From an uncultured Chloroflexia bacterium (GTDB lineage Bacteria; Chloroflexota; Limnocylindria; Limnocylindrales; CSP1-4), in NCBI GenBank assembly GCA_963766735.1, contig CAVYBU010000003.1:64001-128000 (forward strand): a stretch of DNA of 64,000 bases, given 5' to 3'. The notes beneath the pieces were generated by a model. That model searched no databases and was not told the origin of the DNA. It saw only the letters and a list, made by a program, of their open reading frames with translations. Of this stretch, positions 16,722 through 26,061 are shown in pieces (within the stretch, counting starts at the first letter, position 1; each line of letters begins with the position of its first letter). Both the position numbers and the translations under genes were made by a program.

Positions 16722-19020
16722 TCACGACTTGGGCGTCTTGGAGGGCTTCGGGGTCTTGGAGGGCTTCGGGGTGGGAGACGGCTCGTCCGAGGGCGAGGCC
16801 GAGGGCGACGGCGACGCGGCCGATCCGTCCGGGGCCGCCTCGAGCGGCGCGGAATGGAGCCCCGTGCCGGAGATCCACCAGAGCGTGGCGGGGCTGGTCT
16901 CGTCGAGCGCCGGCAGCACCGTCATGCCCTTCAGGCCGGTCCAGGCGGCGTCGTCGCCGGCGAGCTGGTACTGGGCGACGTACGCGCCGTCCGCCTTGTT
17001 GAACGCGACGATGCGGTGGTTGGTGGCGTCGAACGCGTACAACGCGCCCTTCCGGCGGCTGGAGGAGCCATCCGACTGGTCGGGCGATGACAGCAGCGTG
17101 TAGCTCGAGGTCGGGCGCACGCGGGTGTCCTCCGGCAGCTGGGGCTTCCAGCCGGCGGCCGGGATAACCCGGGCCACCGCGCCGTCCTCCGCAACGTAGA
17201 TGTCGCCGTCGATGAGCAGGTCGGTGATCCCGTCCACCGGCCGGTCCGTGGGGAGTCTCGGCAGCGGGTCGTTCAGGTAGCCGGATCCGTCGCTGGAGGG
17301 CGACATCACCATGATGTTCTGCTCGGACGGGATCCACGATGTAGAGCTTGTAGAGCGCGGCGTCGAAGTTGGCGACGAACGTGGCGATGTCGCGGATGTC
17401 GTCGCCCCATGAGGCCGAGCCCTTGGTCTTGATCTTGACCAGCGTGCCCTTGCCGTCGGCGTTGGCCGGGCTCCAGCGCCAGAGCACGTTCTTCGAATCG
17501 AGGATCAGGACGTGCGGCCCGCCAGTGGTGATGAGCTTCGGCTCGGCAACCTTTGTGCCCGAGGCCTTCTGGCCGGCCTTGGCGATCGCCTTGGCCGTCT
17601 TCTTGGCCAGGTCGATGCGCCAGACCGTCTGGCCGGCAGTGTCCAGGACATAGGGCGCGCCGTCGGAACCGCGGACCAGGCCTGCCAGGGCGACCGGCGC
17701 CTCCTCCTCCGGGAAGGTGAACAGGTCGGTCGTCGCCACGTTGACCACGCCGTACAGGCGGTCGAGGCCCTCGAGCGCGGTCTGGCGCAGCGGCGCAACC
17801 TGGGCCCGCGGGTAGCCCGCCTCCTCCGCCTTGGCCAGTTCGTCAAACGCGGTGGACAGCAGTTCGAGCGCGCGCTCCGGATCGTCGTTGATGAGGTCGA
17901 TCCCCGGGCCGCTGACGGCATCGAGGGCCTCCTGGGCGGCCTGGAACGCCTCCTGGGCGGCCGTAATCGACCTGATGGCCTCGGTGGGCTGCCGCTGACC
18001 GCCGACGGCGTACACGCCCAGCGCGAGGGCGCCTCCGACGGCGACGAACGCGAGCAGCGCGACGGCGCCCCGCCGCTGCGTTTCCATGCGGGAGGAGGCG
18101 GTGCTCACGCGCCGCTCTCCGGGCCTTCGGTGCGGAAGGTGGTCCTGGATGCGCCAGACGAAGCGCTGGAAGCCATTGCCGGCGGCATCCCGGGCGCGGG
18201 TGGCGCCGGCACCAAGCGCCGCGGCCCCGGCGGTGACGGAGTCCGCGAGCGGGATCGGGGAGCGGTCCGGTGCTCCCGCGAGCGGCTCGGCCGGGCGGAC
18301 CGGGACCAGCGTCCGTGCCTTCTGGGTGGCGCCAACCTCGGTGGCCTCGAAGGCGAAGGCGCCGTCGCTGCCGTGGCCGTCCGCGGCCACGAACCGCGCG
18401 TGGAGGTGCTCGATCGCCGATTGCGGGTGGAGCGTGACCAGGGCGTCCTTCAGGGTGTCCGTTCCGACCCGGGCGACCACGTTGGCCGACACGAGGCAGA
18501 GCGAATCGCCCACGGACAGCTCGCCTCGCCACACCTCGGGCTCCAGGTCCGCCACCGGGAGACCGCGCTCGCCGTTGGGGTCCGGGAGCGTCGACAGCCG
18601 CGCCTGGCGGATGAGGTATGCCTCGGCCGGGCCGACGGTCGCGACGTAGAGCTCGCGGCCCCGGACGACGGCGACCGCCACGCCGATCGGGCCCGCTCCG
18701 TCCGCCTGGTGGCCCAGCCCGTATCGTTCCCGCTGATGGGAGAGGCGCTTGTTGGCGACGCCGAGCACCTTGGTGAGGCACTGGCGGATGCCCGCGGACT
18801 CGTCGTAGTAGTACTCGTTGCGGATCGTGTCGGCGACGACCCGGGTCGCCTCCCGGGCGCGTGGACCGCTCAGCCGCGATGTGACGAGCAGGTACAGGTT
18901 GCCCTTGGTGCGCCCGACCGACCCAACCGACGGCTCCACGACCACGACCGAGTCGGGCGAATCCGGAAGCCGATCCTGCTCCGTAACGGCGCCGAGCTTC
19001 AGCTGGAGGCGGACGGCCAA
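16722..19020 (-). CDS. membrane protein with degenerate PP2C-like N-terminal domain, single TM and C-terminal beta-propeller; split by a 1-nt frameshift near 17330
   Basis: TTG start 19020 after GAGGG; the frame reading ...LYIVDP continues as SEQNIMVM... if one base of the GGG run at 17329-17331 is removed; S/P/T-rich tail. Confidence 0.65.
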
Positions 19021-19114
19021 TGGGCGACCCTCGTGGGTGGAACGGCATGCGTCGGGGCCATCGGGTGGCGCGACAGCCTCCCCCTCCGCAGCGGGACCCG
19101 GATTATACCCGCGG

Positions 19115-19468
19115 TCACCGGCGGGACCCGGGATCCCGATCCGCACCCAGCAGCTGGAGGTGCCTGACCCGCGAGCCGCCGGGGGCCGCCGCGAACGCCT
19201 CGAGCAGCTCCAGCGCCCTCATGCGCAGCTCCGCCGCGACGATTGGCTCGTCCACGGCGACGACGACCGCGTCGGCCTCCAGGCGGACCAGGCGGCACGC
19301 ACCGACGGCCGGCGGCACGCGCTCGGCGACCAGCGCGTCCCAGGTGGTGATCGCCCTGGCGAGGCGCAGCTCCGTCTCCAGCCCCAGCTGTCGGGCAGCA
19401 TCGGGCAGCAGGTCGCCGATCCGGTCCGGGCGGCGTCGGCGGCCGGGGGACTCGGGGTCGTGGGTCAT
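19115..19468 (-). CDS. dciA: DciA / DUF721 family protein
   Basis: P.RIGDLL, W..LV, LVV.V...AAELRM pattern; immediately downstream of recF. Confidence 0.75.
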   Translation of the reverse strand: MTHDPESPGRRRRPDRIGDLLPDAARQLGLETELRLARAITTWDALVAERVPPAVGACRLVRLEADAVVVAVDEPIVAAELRMRALELLEAFAAAPGGSRVRHLQLLGADRDPGSRR

Positions 19469-19478
19469 CGGGGCACCC

Positions 19479-20690
19479 TCAGCCCTCGCGCCGGAGGTGG
19501 GCGGTCCCGTCGGCGGCGGCGGTCACCGCCCAGGCCGTCCCGACCGAGCGCAGGGCGGGATCGAGGTCGTCCAGGGTCGTCGTGGTGACGAACGCCTGCG
19601 GCAGGTCCGCGATCCGGCGCACGAGGTGGGAGCGCCTCTCGGGGTCCAGCTCCGAGAAGACGTCGTCCAGGAGGAGGAGTGGCGGCCGGCCGTCGAGGAT
19701 GGTGAGCAGGTCGAGCTCGGCCAGCTTGAACGCGAGGATCGCCGTGCGCTGCTGGCCGCGGGATGCGAACGACGCCAGGGGCCGCCCGCCCAGCTCGAAC
19801 ATGAGGTCGTCCCGGTGCGGCCCGATCAGGGTCGATCCGTTCCAAACCTCCTTGTCGGCGGTCTCCGCGAGGCGCCGGACGAGCGCATCCCGCACGGACT
19901 CGCCGGGCAGCTGGGGCGCATTGGTCGCGTAGGCCAGCGCCAGCGGCCCGGCCGCGGCCTCGTCGGGGGCAATCTCCGCGTGGGCGGCGGCCAGCGGGCC
20001 CGACAGGGCCTCGAGCACTCGTGCGCGCTCCTCGCGGACGGCCGCTCCGGCCTCGACGAGCGTGCCATCCCAGAACCGGAGCTCCGCGCGGGTCGCCTCC
20101 TCCTCGCGGATCCGGCGCAGCAGGCCGTTCCGCTGCTGGAGGGCTCGGCCGTACGTGGAGAGAGATCGGACATAGGCCGGTGATCGCTCGCCGGCGAGGC
20201 GATCCAGCGCCTCGCGCCGCAGTGACGGTGAGCCTGCGATCAGCAGCATGTCCTCGGGCGCGAACATCACGGTGCGCAGCACGCCCGCCAGTGACGCGGC
20301 CCGCCGAGCCACCCCGTTCACCCGGATCCGCTTTCGCGCTCCGCCACCGGCAGTCCTCACGAGCGCCACCTCGACAGCGTCCCGCGCCTCGGGCTGCGTC
20401 TCGGGGCGGCCGACCCGGGCTTCGGCGCGGGCCAGCTCCTGTCCCCACCGGACGAGCTCCCCGTCCGCGGACGTGCGGTGGGACCGCCCCCAGGCCAGGA
20501 GGACGATCGCCTCGAGCAGGCTGGTCTTCCCGGCGGCGTTGGGTCCCCAGACAAGCTGCGGGCCGGGATCGAATACGGCGTCGAGCGCCGCGTACCCGCG
20601 GAGGTCGCGGATCGACAGCGCGTGGAGAACCGGCGTCGACCGCCTCGCCGGGGTCGAATCGAGCAGCAGGTCCGCTGCCGCGTCCGTCAG
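19479..20690 (-). CDS. recF: DNA replication and repair protein RecF (non-canonical CTG start inferred)
   Basis: In-frame extension beyond the ORF-track start gives LSIRDLRGY, Walker A GPNAAGKTSLLEAI and GRSHRT; also GPHRDDL, SRGQQR, LLLLDDVFSELD. Confidence 0.9.
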   Translation of the reverse strand: MTDAAADLLLDSTPARRSTPVLHALSIRDLRGYAALDAVFDPGPQLVWGPNAAGKTSLLEAIVLLAWGRSHRTSADGELVRWGQELARAEARVGRPETQPEARDAVEVALVRTAGGGARKRIRVNGVARRAASLAGVLRTVMFAPEDMLLIAGSPSLRREALDRLAGERSPAYVRSLSTYGRALQQRNGLLRRIREEEATRAELRFWDGTLVEAGAAVREERARVLEALSGPLAAAHAEIAPDEAAAGPLALAYATNAPQLPGESVRDALVRRLAETADKEVWNGSTLIGPHRDDLMFELGGRPLASFASRGQQRTAILAFKLAELDLLTILDGRPPLLLLDDVFSELDPERRSHLVRRIADLPQAFVTTTTLDDLDPALRSVGTAWAVTAAADGTAHLRREG

Positions 20691-21802
20691 GAGGTGGTCC
20701 GGACGGGCATCACGACGTGGACGTACGCGTCATCACCGACCGGGCGGAACACGCCCGGCGAGAGGGGTCCGTTGAGCTCCAGCGAGAAGCGGTCCGCGGT
20801 CACGTTGCTCAGGACGTCGTTGAGGTAGCGGGCGTTGAACGCGATCGTCGTCGGGTCACCCTCGATCGTGGCCTCCACGTCGCCGGTGTAGTCGCCCACC
20901 TCGGCGGTCGCCGTCACCGTGATGCCGGAACCCTCGTCGCCCACCTGGAGCTTGACGATGTTGGCCGACGAGCTGGCGATCAGCGCCGCCGGCCGCACCG
21001 CTCGCAGCAATTCCTCGCGATCGAACTCGGCTCGGCTTGCATGGCTCGCCGGCAGCACCTGCTGGTAGTTGGGGAACTGGCCATCGATCAGCCGCGACAC
21101 CAGGTCGATTCCGTCCAGGTGGAACAGGACCTGGTTGCGGGTCGTGGCGAGGACCAGCTCCACGGGGTCGTCCGTGTCGGACAGGATCCGCCCCAGCTCG
21201 TTGAGCGCGCGGGCGGGGATCACGACCGAGGTGGCCTCGACCGCGTCAAGGATGTCGATCGTCCGCACGGCGATCCGGTAGTTGTCGGCCGCGGCGAGGG
21301 TCAGCCGGCTGCCCTCGAACTTGGCCATGACGCCGGTGAGGATCGGCCGGGCCTCGTCGCTTGCGGCGGCGAAGGCCGTCTCGTCCAACGCCCGCTTCAG
21401 GACCTTCTGGGAGACCCTGGTGGTCGGTCGCTCGCCGGCGGTCTGGATCGTGGGGAACTCGTCGGCATCGATCCCCTTGACGTGCGTTGCGAAGCGGCCG
21501 CAGCGAAGGTGAAGCGTGTCGGCCCCCTGGAGCTCCAGGTCCACCTTCTCTGACCCCGGTAGCGAGCCGACGAGGTCCGTGAGGAGGCGTGCCGGGACCG
21601 TGGTGGCGCCGTCCGTCTCGATCTTGCCCGGCACCCAGTAGGTGATACCGATCTCGAGGTTCGTGGCAGTCAGCTTGAGACCGGCGTCCTCAGTCCGAAG
21701 GAGAACGTTTGCGAGCACGGGCAGGGTGCTCCGGCTTGAGACTGCCCGGGAGACCACGGACAGGCCGCGAGCCAGGTTCTCCTGCATGACCGAGAGTTTC
21801 AC
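20687..21802 (-). CDS. dnaN: DNA polymerase III beta sliding clamp
   Basis: STLPVLANVL, ATNLE, RPILTG, AADNYR, SRLIDGQFPNY, VMPVR. Confidence 0.97.
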   Translation of the reverse strand: MKLSVMQENLARGLSVVSRAVSSRSTLPVLANVLLRTEDAGLKLTATNLEIGITYWVPGKIETDGATTVPARLLTDLVGSLPGSEKVDLELQGADTLHLRCGRFATHVKGIDADEFPTIQTAGERPTTRVSQKVLKRALDETAFAAASDEARPILTGVMAKFEGSRLTLAAADNYRIAVRTIDILDAVEATSVVIPARALNELGRILSDTDDPVELVLATTRNQVLFHLDGIDLVSRLIDGQFPNYQQVLPASHASRAEFDREELLRAVRPAALIASSSANIVKLQVGDEGSGITVTATAEVGDYTGDVEATIEGDPTTIAFNARYLNDVLSNVTADRFSLELNGPLSPGVFRPVGDDAYVHVVMPVRTTS

Positions 21803-22256
21803 GTTGGGTTGTCTCCAGCAGCACTATGGGCAGGCAATGCGGGCCACACTCCCGTGGGGCCGGGTGGGTGGATGATCGTCATATCTTCTCACTACATCAT
21901 CATCATCATCATGCCGTGGATCCGGTGGACGGACACGCTCGCCCGTGCGGGATCACGGTGTGCACAGCAGGGGCCCGGCCGTGGACCCGGGCGGGCGAAC
22001 CCGGGGATCGACCGGGGAAGGAGCGGTGGACGAAGCGGGAGAGCCACCGGAGATGTCCCCAGACCTCCCGCGACGGCCCCTGTTGTCCCCGCGGTCGTCC
22101 CCGGTACCGAGGCGGCGGACCCACCGGATCCGGGGCTTGTCCACGGGTTATCCCCGCAGAGTGGCGACGAGTGCCCGGGGCCCAGGGTGGCGCGGGTACT
22201 CGGGAGGCTGGGGCGCAAACAGCAGGAATGCCCCACGGCGAAGGAGCCCCAACGGC
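21803..22256. other. putative oriC (dnaA-dnaN intergenic) with degenerate DnaA boxes and a trinucleotide array
   Basis: About a dozen TTRTCCACA-like 9-mers (e.g. TTGTCCACG 22137, TTATCCCCG 22148, TTGTCCCCG 22083, reverse-oriented at 21915, 21924, 22025); AT-richer patch with (CAT)6 at 21895-21912. Confidence 0.8.
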
Positions 22257-23621
22257 TCACTCGGAGTAGATCAACTCCCGGACGGCGGCGACCTCACGGC
22301 GCATCTCGTCGTTCACCTGCATCTCGCGATTGATCTTGCTGCAGGCGTGCAGGACCGTGGAGTGATCTCGCCCACCCAGCTCTGCGCCGATGCGCAGCAG
22401 CGAGACGTCGGTCTCCTCGCGCATCAGGTACATGGCGATCTGGCGCGGCACGACGATGCTTCGCTCGCGCTTCTGTCCCTGGAGCGCGTCCATGCCGACG
22501 CCGTAGTAGTCGGAGACGGCCAGGGCGATCCGCTCCGGGGTGACCTGGCGCTTCTTGGGGTTGTAGAGCACGTTCGAGAGCACGGCCTGGGCCAGCTCGA
22601 TCGAGACGGGCATCGCGCCCATGGAGGCGTAGGCGACGATCCGGTTGAGTGCCCCCTCGAGCTCCCGGATGTTCGAGACCACCTTGCGAGCGACGAACTC
22701 GACGACGTCCGGGGTGATTGGCGTTCCCTGCTCCTCGGCCTTGGCGCGCAGGATCGCGATCCGGGTCTCGAGGTCTGGCGCCGTGAGATCCGCGATCAGG
22801 CCCCACTCGAAGCGGCTGCGGAGCCGTTCCTCGAGCGTGAGGATGCCCTTGGGCGGCCGGTCCGAGGACAGGACGATCTGCTTGCCGTCCTCGTGGATCG
22901 CGTTGAACGTGTGGAAGAACTCCTCCTGTGTCCGCTCCTTGTCCGCGATGAACTGGATGTCGTCGATCAGGAGCAGGTCGATCCGGCGATAGCGGGCGCG
23001 GAACTCGTCGATGCGGCCCTGCTGGATCGAGGTGATGAACTCGTTCGTGAACTTCTCGGACGTGGCGTAGACCACGCGCTTGCGCGGAAACTTCGCCACG
23101 ACCGCATTCCCGATGGCATGCATCAGGTGTGTCTTGCCCAGGCCCACCCCGCCGTACAGGAACAGCGGGTTGTAGGCGTGCCCCGGGCGCTCCGCAACGG
23201 ACAGCGAGGCCGCATGGGCCAGGCGATTGGCCGATCCGACGATGAAGTTGGAGAACGTGTAGCGCGCATTGAGGTACGTCGCGCCCCCGCCGGCGCCCTC
23301 CTGGGCCCCGACGCGCGTGGGCTCCACCCGCACGGGCTGCGCGGCGACGGTGGCGGCCTGCGCCTGCGCCTCGGTGCCCGCGGTCACGACGAACTCGACC
23401 TGGACGCTGTAGCCGACCACGCGCGCGAGCGTCTGGGAGATCAGCGATCGGTACCGCGACTCGAGCCAGTCCTTCGCAAAACCATTGGGAACCGCGATGC
23501 GGAACCGCTGGTCGTCGACGTCCACGAGATGGGTGTCACGAAGCCAGGTCTCGAAATTGGCGGGCGACAGGGAGACCTGCAGCTCTCCGAGCGCCGCGCG
23601 CCAGACCTGCTTCACGTCCAT
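22257..23621 (-). CDS. dnaA: chromosomal replication initiator DnaA
   Basis: NFETWL, YNPLFLYGGVGLGKTHL, LLIDDIQF, QEEFFHTFN, NIRELEGAL, GGRDHSTVLHA. Confidence 0.98.
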   Translation of the reverse strand: MDVKQVWRAALGELQVSLSPANFETWLRDTHLVDVDDQRFRIAVPNGFAKDWLESRYRSLISQTLARVVGYSVQVEFVVTAGTEAQAQAATVAAQPVRVEPTRVGAQEGAGGGATYLNARYTFSNFIVGSANRLAHAASLSVAERPGHAYNPLFLYGGVGLGKTHLMHAIGNAVVAKFPRKRVVYATSEKFTNEFITSIQQGRIDEFRARYRRIDLLLIDDIQFIADKERTQEEFFHTFNAIHEDGKQIVLSSDRPPKGILTLEERLRSRFEWGLIADLTAPDLETRIAILRAKAEEQGTPITPDVVEFVARKVVSNIRELEGALNRIVAYASMGAMPVSIELAQAVLSNVLYNPKKRQVTPERIALAVSDYYGVGMDALQGQKRERSIVVPRQIAMYLMREETDVSLLRIGAELGGRDHSTVLHACSKINREMQVNDEMRREVAAVRELIYSE

Positions 23622-23793
23622 CTGCGATCGTGATCCTGGGCTGATAAGGCTTCGATGGGTAAAGACCGACCGCGGACGCGGACGATGAGACGGCTCCCGG
23701 CGCCGCGGACGAGATCTCGACACGGGCCCCTCGGTGCCCGGGAGCGATCCGTTCCCGGGACTCCGGCGGCGTCCCGACGCCTGAGGCTGCCGA

Positions 23794-23823
23794 ACAATAC
23801 ACCGCCCCTCGGGGGCCCCGCAA
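23794..23823 (-). promoter_or_regulatory. sigma70-type promoter for dnaA
   Basis: TTGCGG-N18-TATTGT on the minus strand. Confidence 0.5.
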
Positions 23824-23988
23824 GGCGATTCGCGCATACTCCCCATGGGTATCGTGCGGGCCACCGCAAAGGACGCATCGCGGCGGCGCCCCCTGTCCCG
23901 GACCGTGAGCCTCGCGCACGACGGCGGCCCCCCCGGGCGGCGGCCCCAGACCGGCGACCAGGAACGGCCCGGGACCACTGGCGCCCGT

Positions 23989-24018
23989 TTGACACCCCAT
24001 CGGATTCGGCCATATCAT
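23989..24018 (+). promoter_or_regulatory. sigma70-type promoter for the rpmH operon
   Basis: TTGACA-N18-TATCAT. Confidence 0.75.
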
Positions 24019-24132
24019 CGGTCGGACGAACACGCGCCGCCGCGCTCCTGTGCGCTCGGCGCGTTTGCGTGCCTCTAGGGGTCGGAGCTTCCGGGTCCCA
24101 AGGCTGGATGGAGAGGATCACGGACAGTCCCG

Positions 24133-24270
24133 ATGGGCAAGCCGACATTTCAGCCCAAGAAGCGACACCGCGCCAAGGAACACGGGTTCCGCGCCCGCAT
24201 GAGAACGCCGGGCGGTCGACGCGTGCTCGCGACGCGGCGCGCGAAGCACCGGCAGAAGCTCTCGGCCTGA
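24133..24270 (+). CDS. rpmH: 50S ribosomal protein L34
   Basis: Own translation [45 protein letters not shown] (below the ORF-track size cutoff). Confidence 0.97.
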   Translation: MGKPTFQPKKRHRAKEHGFRARMRTPGGRRVLATRRAKHRQKLSA

Positions 24271-24305
24271 CCGGCGAGCGCAGTCACAACACGCTGCGGC
24301 TCGTC

Positions 24306-24641
24306 ATGCTCTCCCGTCCGGGAGATTTTGCCCGGCTTGCGGAGGAAGGCGTTGCCAAGACGCACCCCCTGCTGGTCGGACGTTTCGCCCGGACCGACCT
24401 TGACCAGACCCGGTTCGGGCTCGCCACCGGCAAGCGGCTCGGAGGAGCCGTGATCCGGAACCGCGCCCGGCGCCGGATCCGAGAGGTCCTCAGGGTGATG
24501 GCGCCCGCGTTCCAGCCCGGCTGGGACGTCCTCATCATCGCCCGGCCTGCGATCGTCGGGGCTGACCACGACGCGCTGGTCGGGGCATTGCGCCGGGTCC
24601 TCCGTTCGGGAGGCGTGCTCGGAGGTCGAACGGAGTCGTGA
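24306..24641 (+). CDS. rnpA: ribonuclease P protein component
   Basis: [25 protein letters not shown] (RNR motif); possible CTG start at 24267. Confidence 0.93.
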   Translation: MLSRPGDFARLAEEGVAKTHPLLVGRFARTDLDQTRFGLATGKRLGGAVIRNRARRRIREVLRVMAPAFQPGWDVLIIARPAIVGADHDALVGALRRVLRSGGVLGGRTES

Positions 24642-24856
24642 GACGGTTCGGGGTGTCGATCGGGGTAGGGCTTATCCGCCTGTACCGCATCGTCTTCGCC
24701 TGGCTGCCCTCGGGTTGCCGGTTCGAACCCTCGTGCTCGCGCTACACCGAGCAGGCGATCCAGAAATACGGGCTGCTGCGCGGATCCTGGATGGGCGCAA
24801 GACGCATCAGCCGGTGCCATCCCTGGAACCCGGGCGGCTATGACCCGGTCCGCTAA
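24638..24856 (+). CDS. yidD: membrane protein insertion efficiency factor
   Basis: [23 protein letters not shown]. Confidence 0.95.
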   Translation: MRRFGVSIGVGLIRLYRIVFAWLPSGCRFEPSCSRYTEQAIQKYGLLRGSWMGARRISRCHPWNPGGYDPVR

Positions 24857-24875
24857 CGGATACGAGAACAACCGA

Positions 24876-26060
24876 GTGACCCGCCTTCAGCAGCTCCTCG
24901 TCCGGCTGGCGCCGGTCCTGTTCCTCGTGGCCGTGTTGCTGGTCGTGGCGGCCTGCGTGCCGGGCACGGGCATCGGCGGCGACGGCACCCCGAACCCGTC
25001 CCCCAGCTACAGCCAGGCTCCGCTGGAGCCTGCCAGCCCAGGGGCCAACCCGATGGACCTCCTGGCCTGGCTGTTCACGCCAATCTTCCAGGCCCTGTTC
25101 ATCGTGCTGGTGCTGCTCGACACGCTCGTGGGCGGCAACATCGCCATCGCGATCATCCTGCTCACGGTCGTCCTCAAGCTGGTCACGACCCCCTTCACCC
25201 GCAAGCAGCTCGTCTCCTCGCGGCAGGTGCAGATGCTCCAGCCCGAGGTCAAGGAGATCCAGCGCAAGTACAAGGGCGATCGCGCGAAGCAGCAGGCCGC
25301 CGTCTCCGAGTTCTACAAGCAGCGCGGCATCAACCCGGCCGGCGGCTGCCTGCCCACGATGCTCCAGATGTTCCTCCTCATCCCGATGTACTCGGTGATC
25401 AGCCAGGGCCTGACCAACTACGACATCACGCCGATGCTGCAGATCTTCGGCTTTGACCTTGCGGCGGCGCTCAAGATCACGTGCGATGCGGCGCCGGTCT
25501 TCAACGCAACCGGCCAGGTCATCAACCCCTGCCTCAACCCGATCGCCTTCGGGATCAACTGGAGCTATCCGGAGCCGGTGACCACCGGTCTCTACATCGC
25601 CGGCTTCGGCATCGCGATCCTGGCCCTCTTCTCATCGATGTTCCAGCTCGTGGCCTCGCGCCAGATGCTGCTGCCGGTCGATCCGCGGACGGCGGACGAC
25701 TCCAACGTCAAGGTCCAGCGGCAGATGGCCTACTTCCTGCCCCTGATCTCCATCCTGTACGGCGGCGTGATGCCGGCAGGCCTGTTCCTCTACTGGATTG
25801 CCTCGACGATCATCCAGATCGGCCAGCAGTTCCTTGTCCTCGGCTTCGGCGGGTTGTTCCCCCTGTTCGGCTGGCAACCCGCCTTCGTGCGCGAACATGC
25901 ACCGCGCTACCCGGTCAAGCTGCCCGAGCCGAAGCCCACAGCCCCCGGTCCAACCACGAGCGCGGCGGCGCGCTCGAAAGCCGTCGACCGTGACCTATCC
26001 GCACGATCGACGATCCGGCCCAACCGCTCACGCGGCGGCCGACGAGGGAGACGACGCTGA
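24876..26060 (+). CDS. yidC: membrane protein insertase YidC (lipoprotein-type N-terminus)
   Basis: LQPEVKEIQRKYKGD, NPAGGCLP, PAGLFLYW; lipobox-like VVAAC; basic C-tail. Confidence 0.92.
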   Translation: MTRLQQLLVRLAPVLFLVAVLLVVAACVPGTGIGGDGTPNPSPSYSQAPLEPASPGANPMDLLAWLFTPIFQALFIVLVLLDTLVGGNIAIAIILLTVVLKLVTTPFTRKQLVSSRQVQMLQPEVKEIQRKYKGDRAKQQAAVSEFYKQRGINPAGGCLPTMLQMFLLIPMYSVISQGLTNYDITPMLQIFGFDLAAALKITCDAAPVFNATGQVINPCLNPIAFGINWSYPEPVTTGLYIAGFGIAILALFSSMFQLVASRQMLLPVDPRTADDSNVKVQRQMAYFLPLISILYGGVMPAGLFLYWIASTIIQIGQQFLVLGFGGLFPLFGWQPAFVREHAPRYPVKLPEPKPTAPGPTTSAAARSKAVDRDLSARSTIRPNRSRGGRRGRRR

Positions 26061-26061
26061 C

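Noticed and set aside
20357-20690. Apparent truncation or frameshift of recF in the ORF track
   Set aside because: Manual translation shows the N-terminus is continuous and in frame; only a canonical start codon is missing
21790-21810. GTTTCACGT as a parS site
   Set aside because: Only a half-site overlapping the dnaN start; no full TGTTTCACGTGAAACA palindrome was spotted by eye, though a computed scan is needed
21892-22333. ORFs with poly-Met, poly-His or poly-Ile from the (CAT)6 tract
   Set aside because: Better explained as the origin trinucleotide array; the rest of each ORF is non-coding-like
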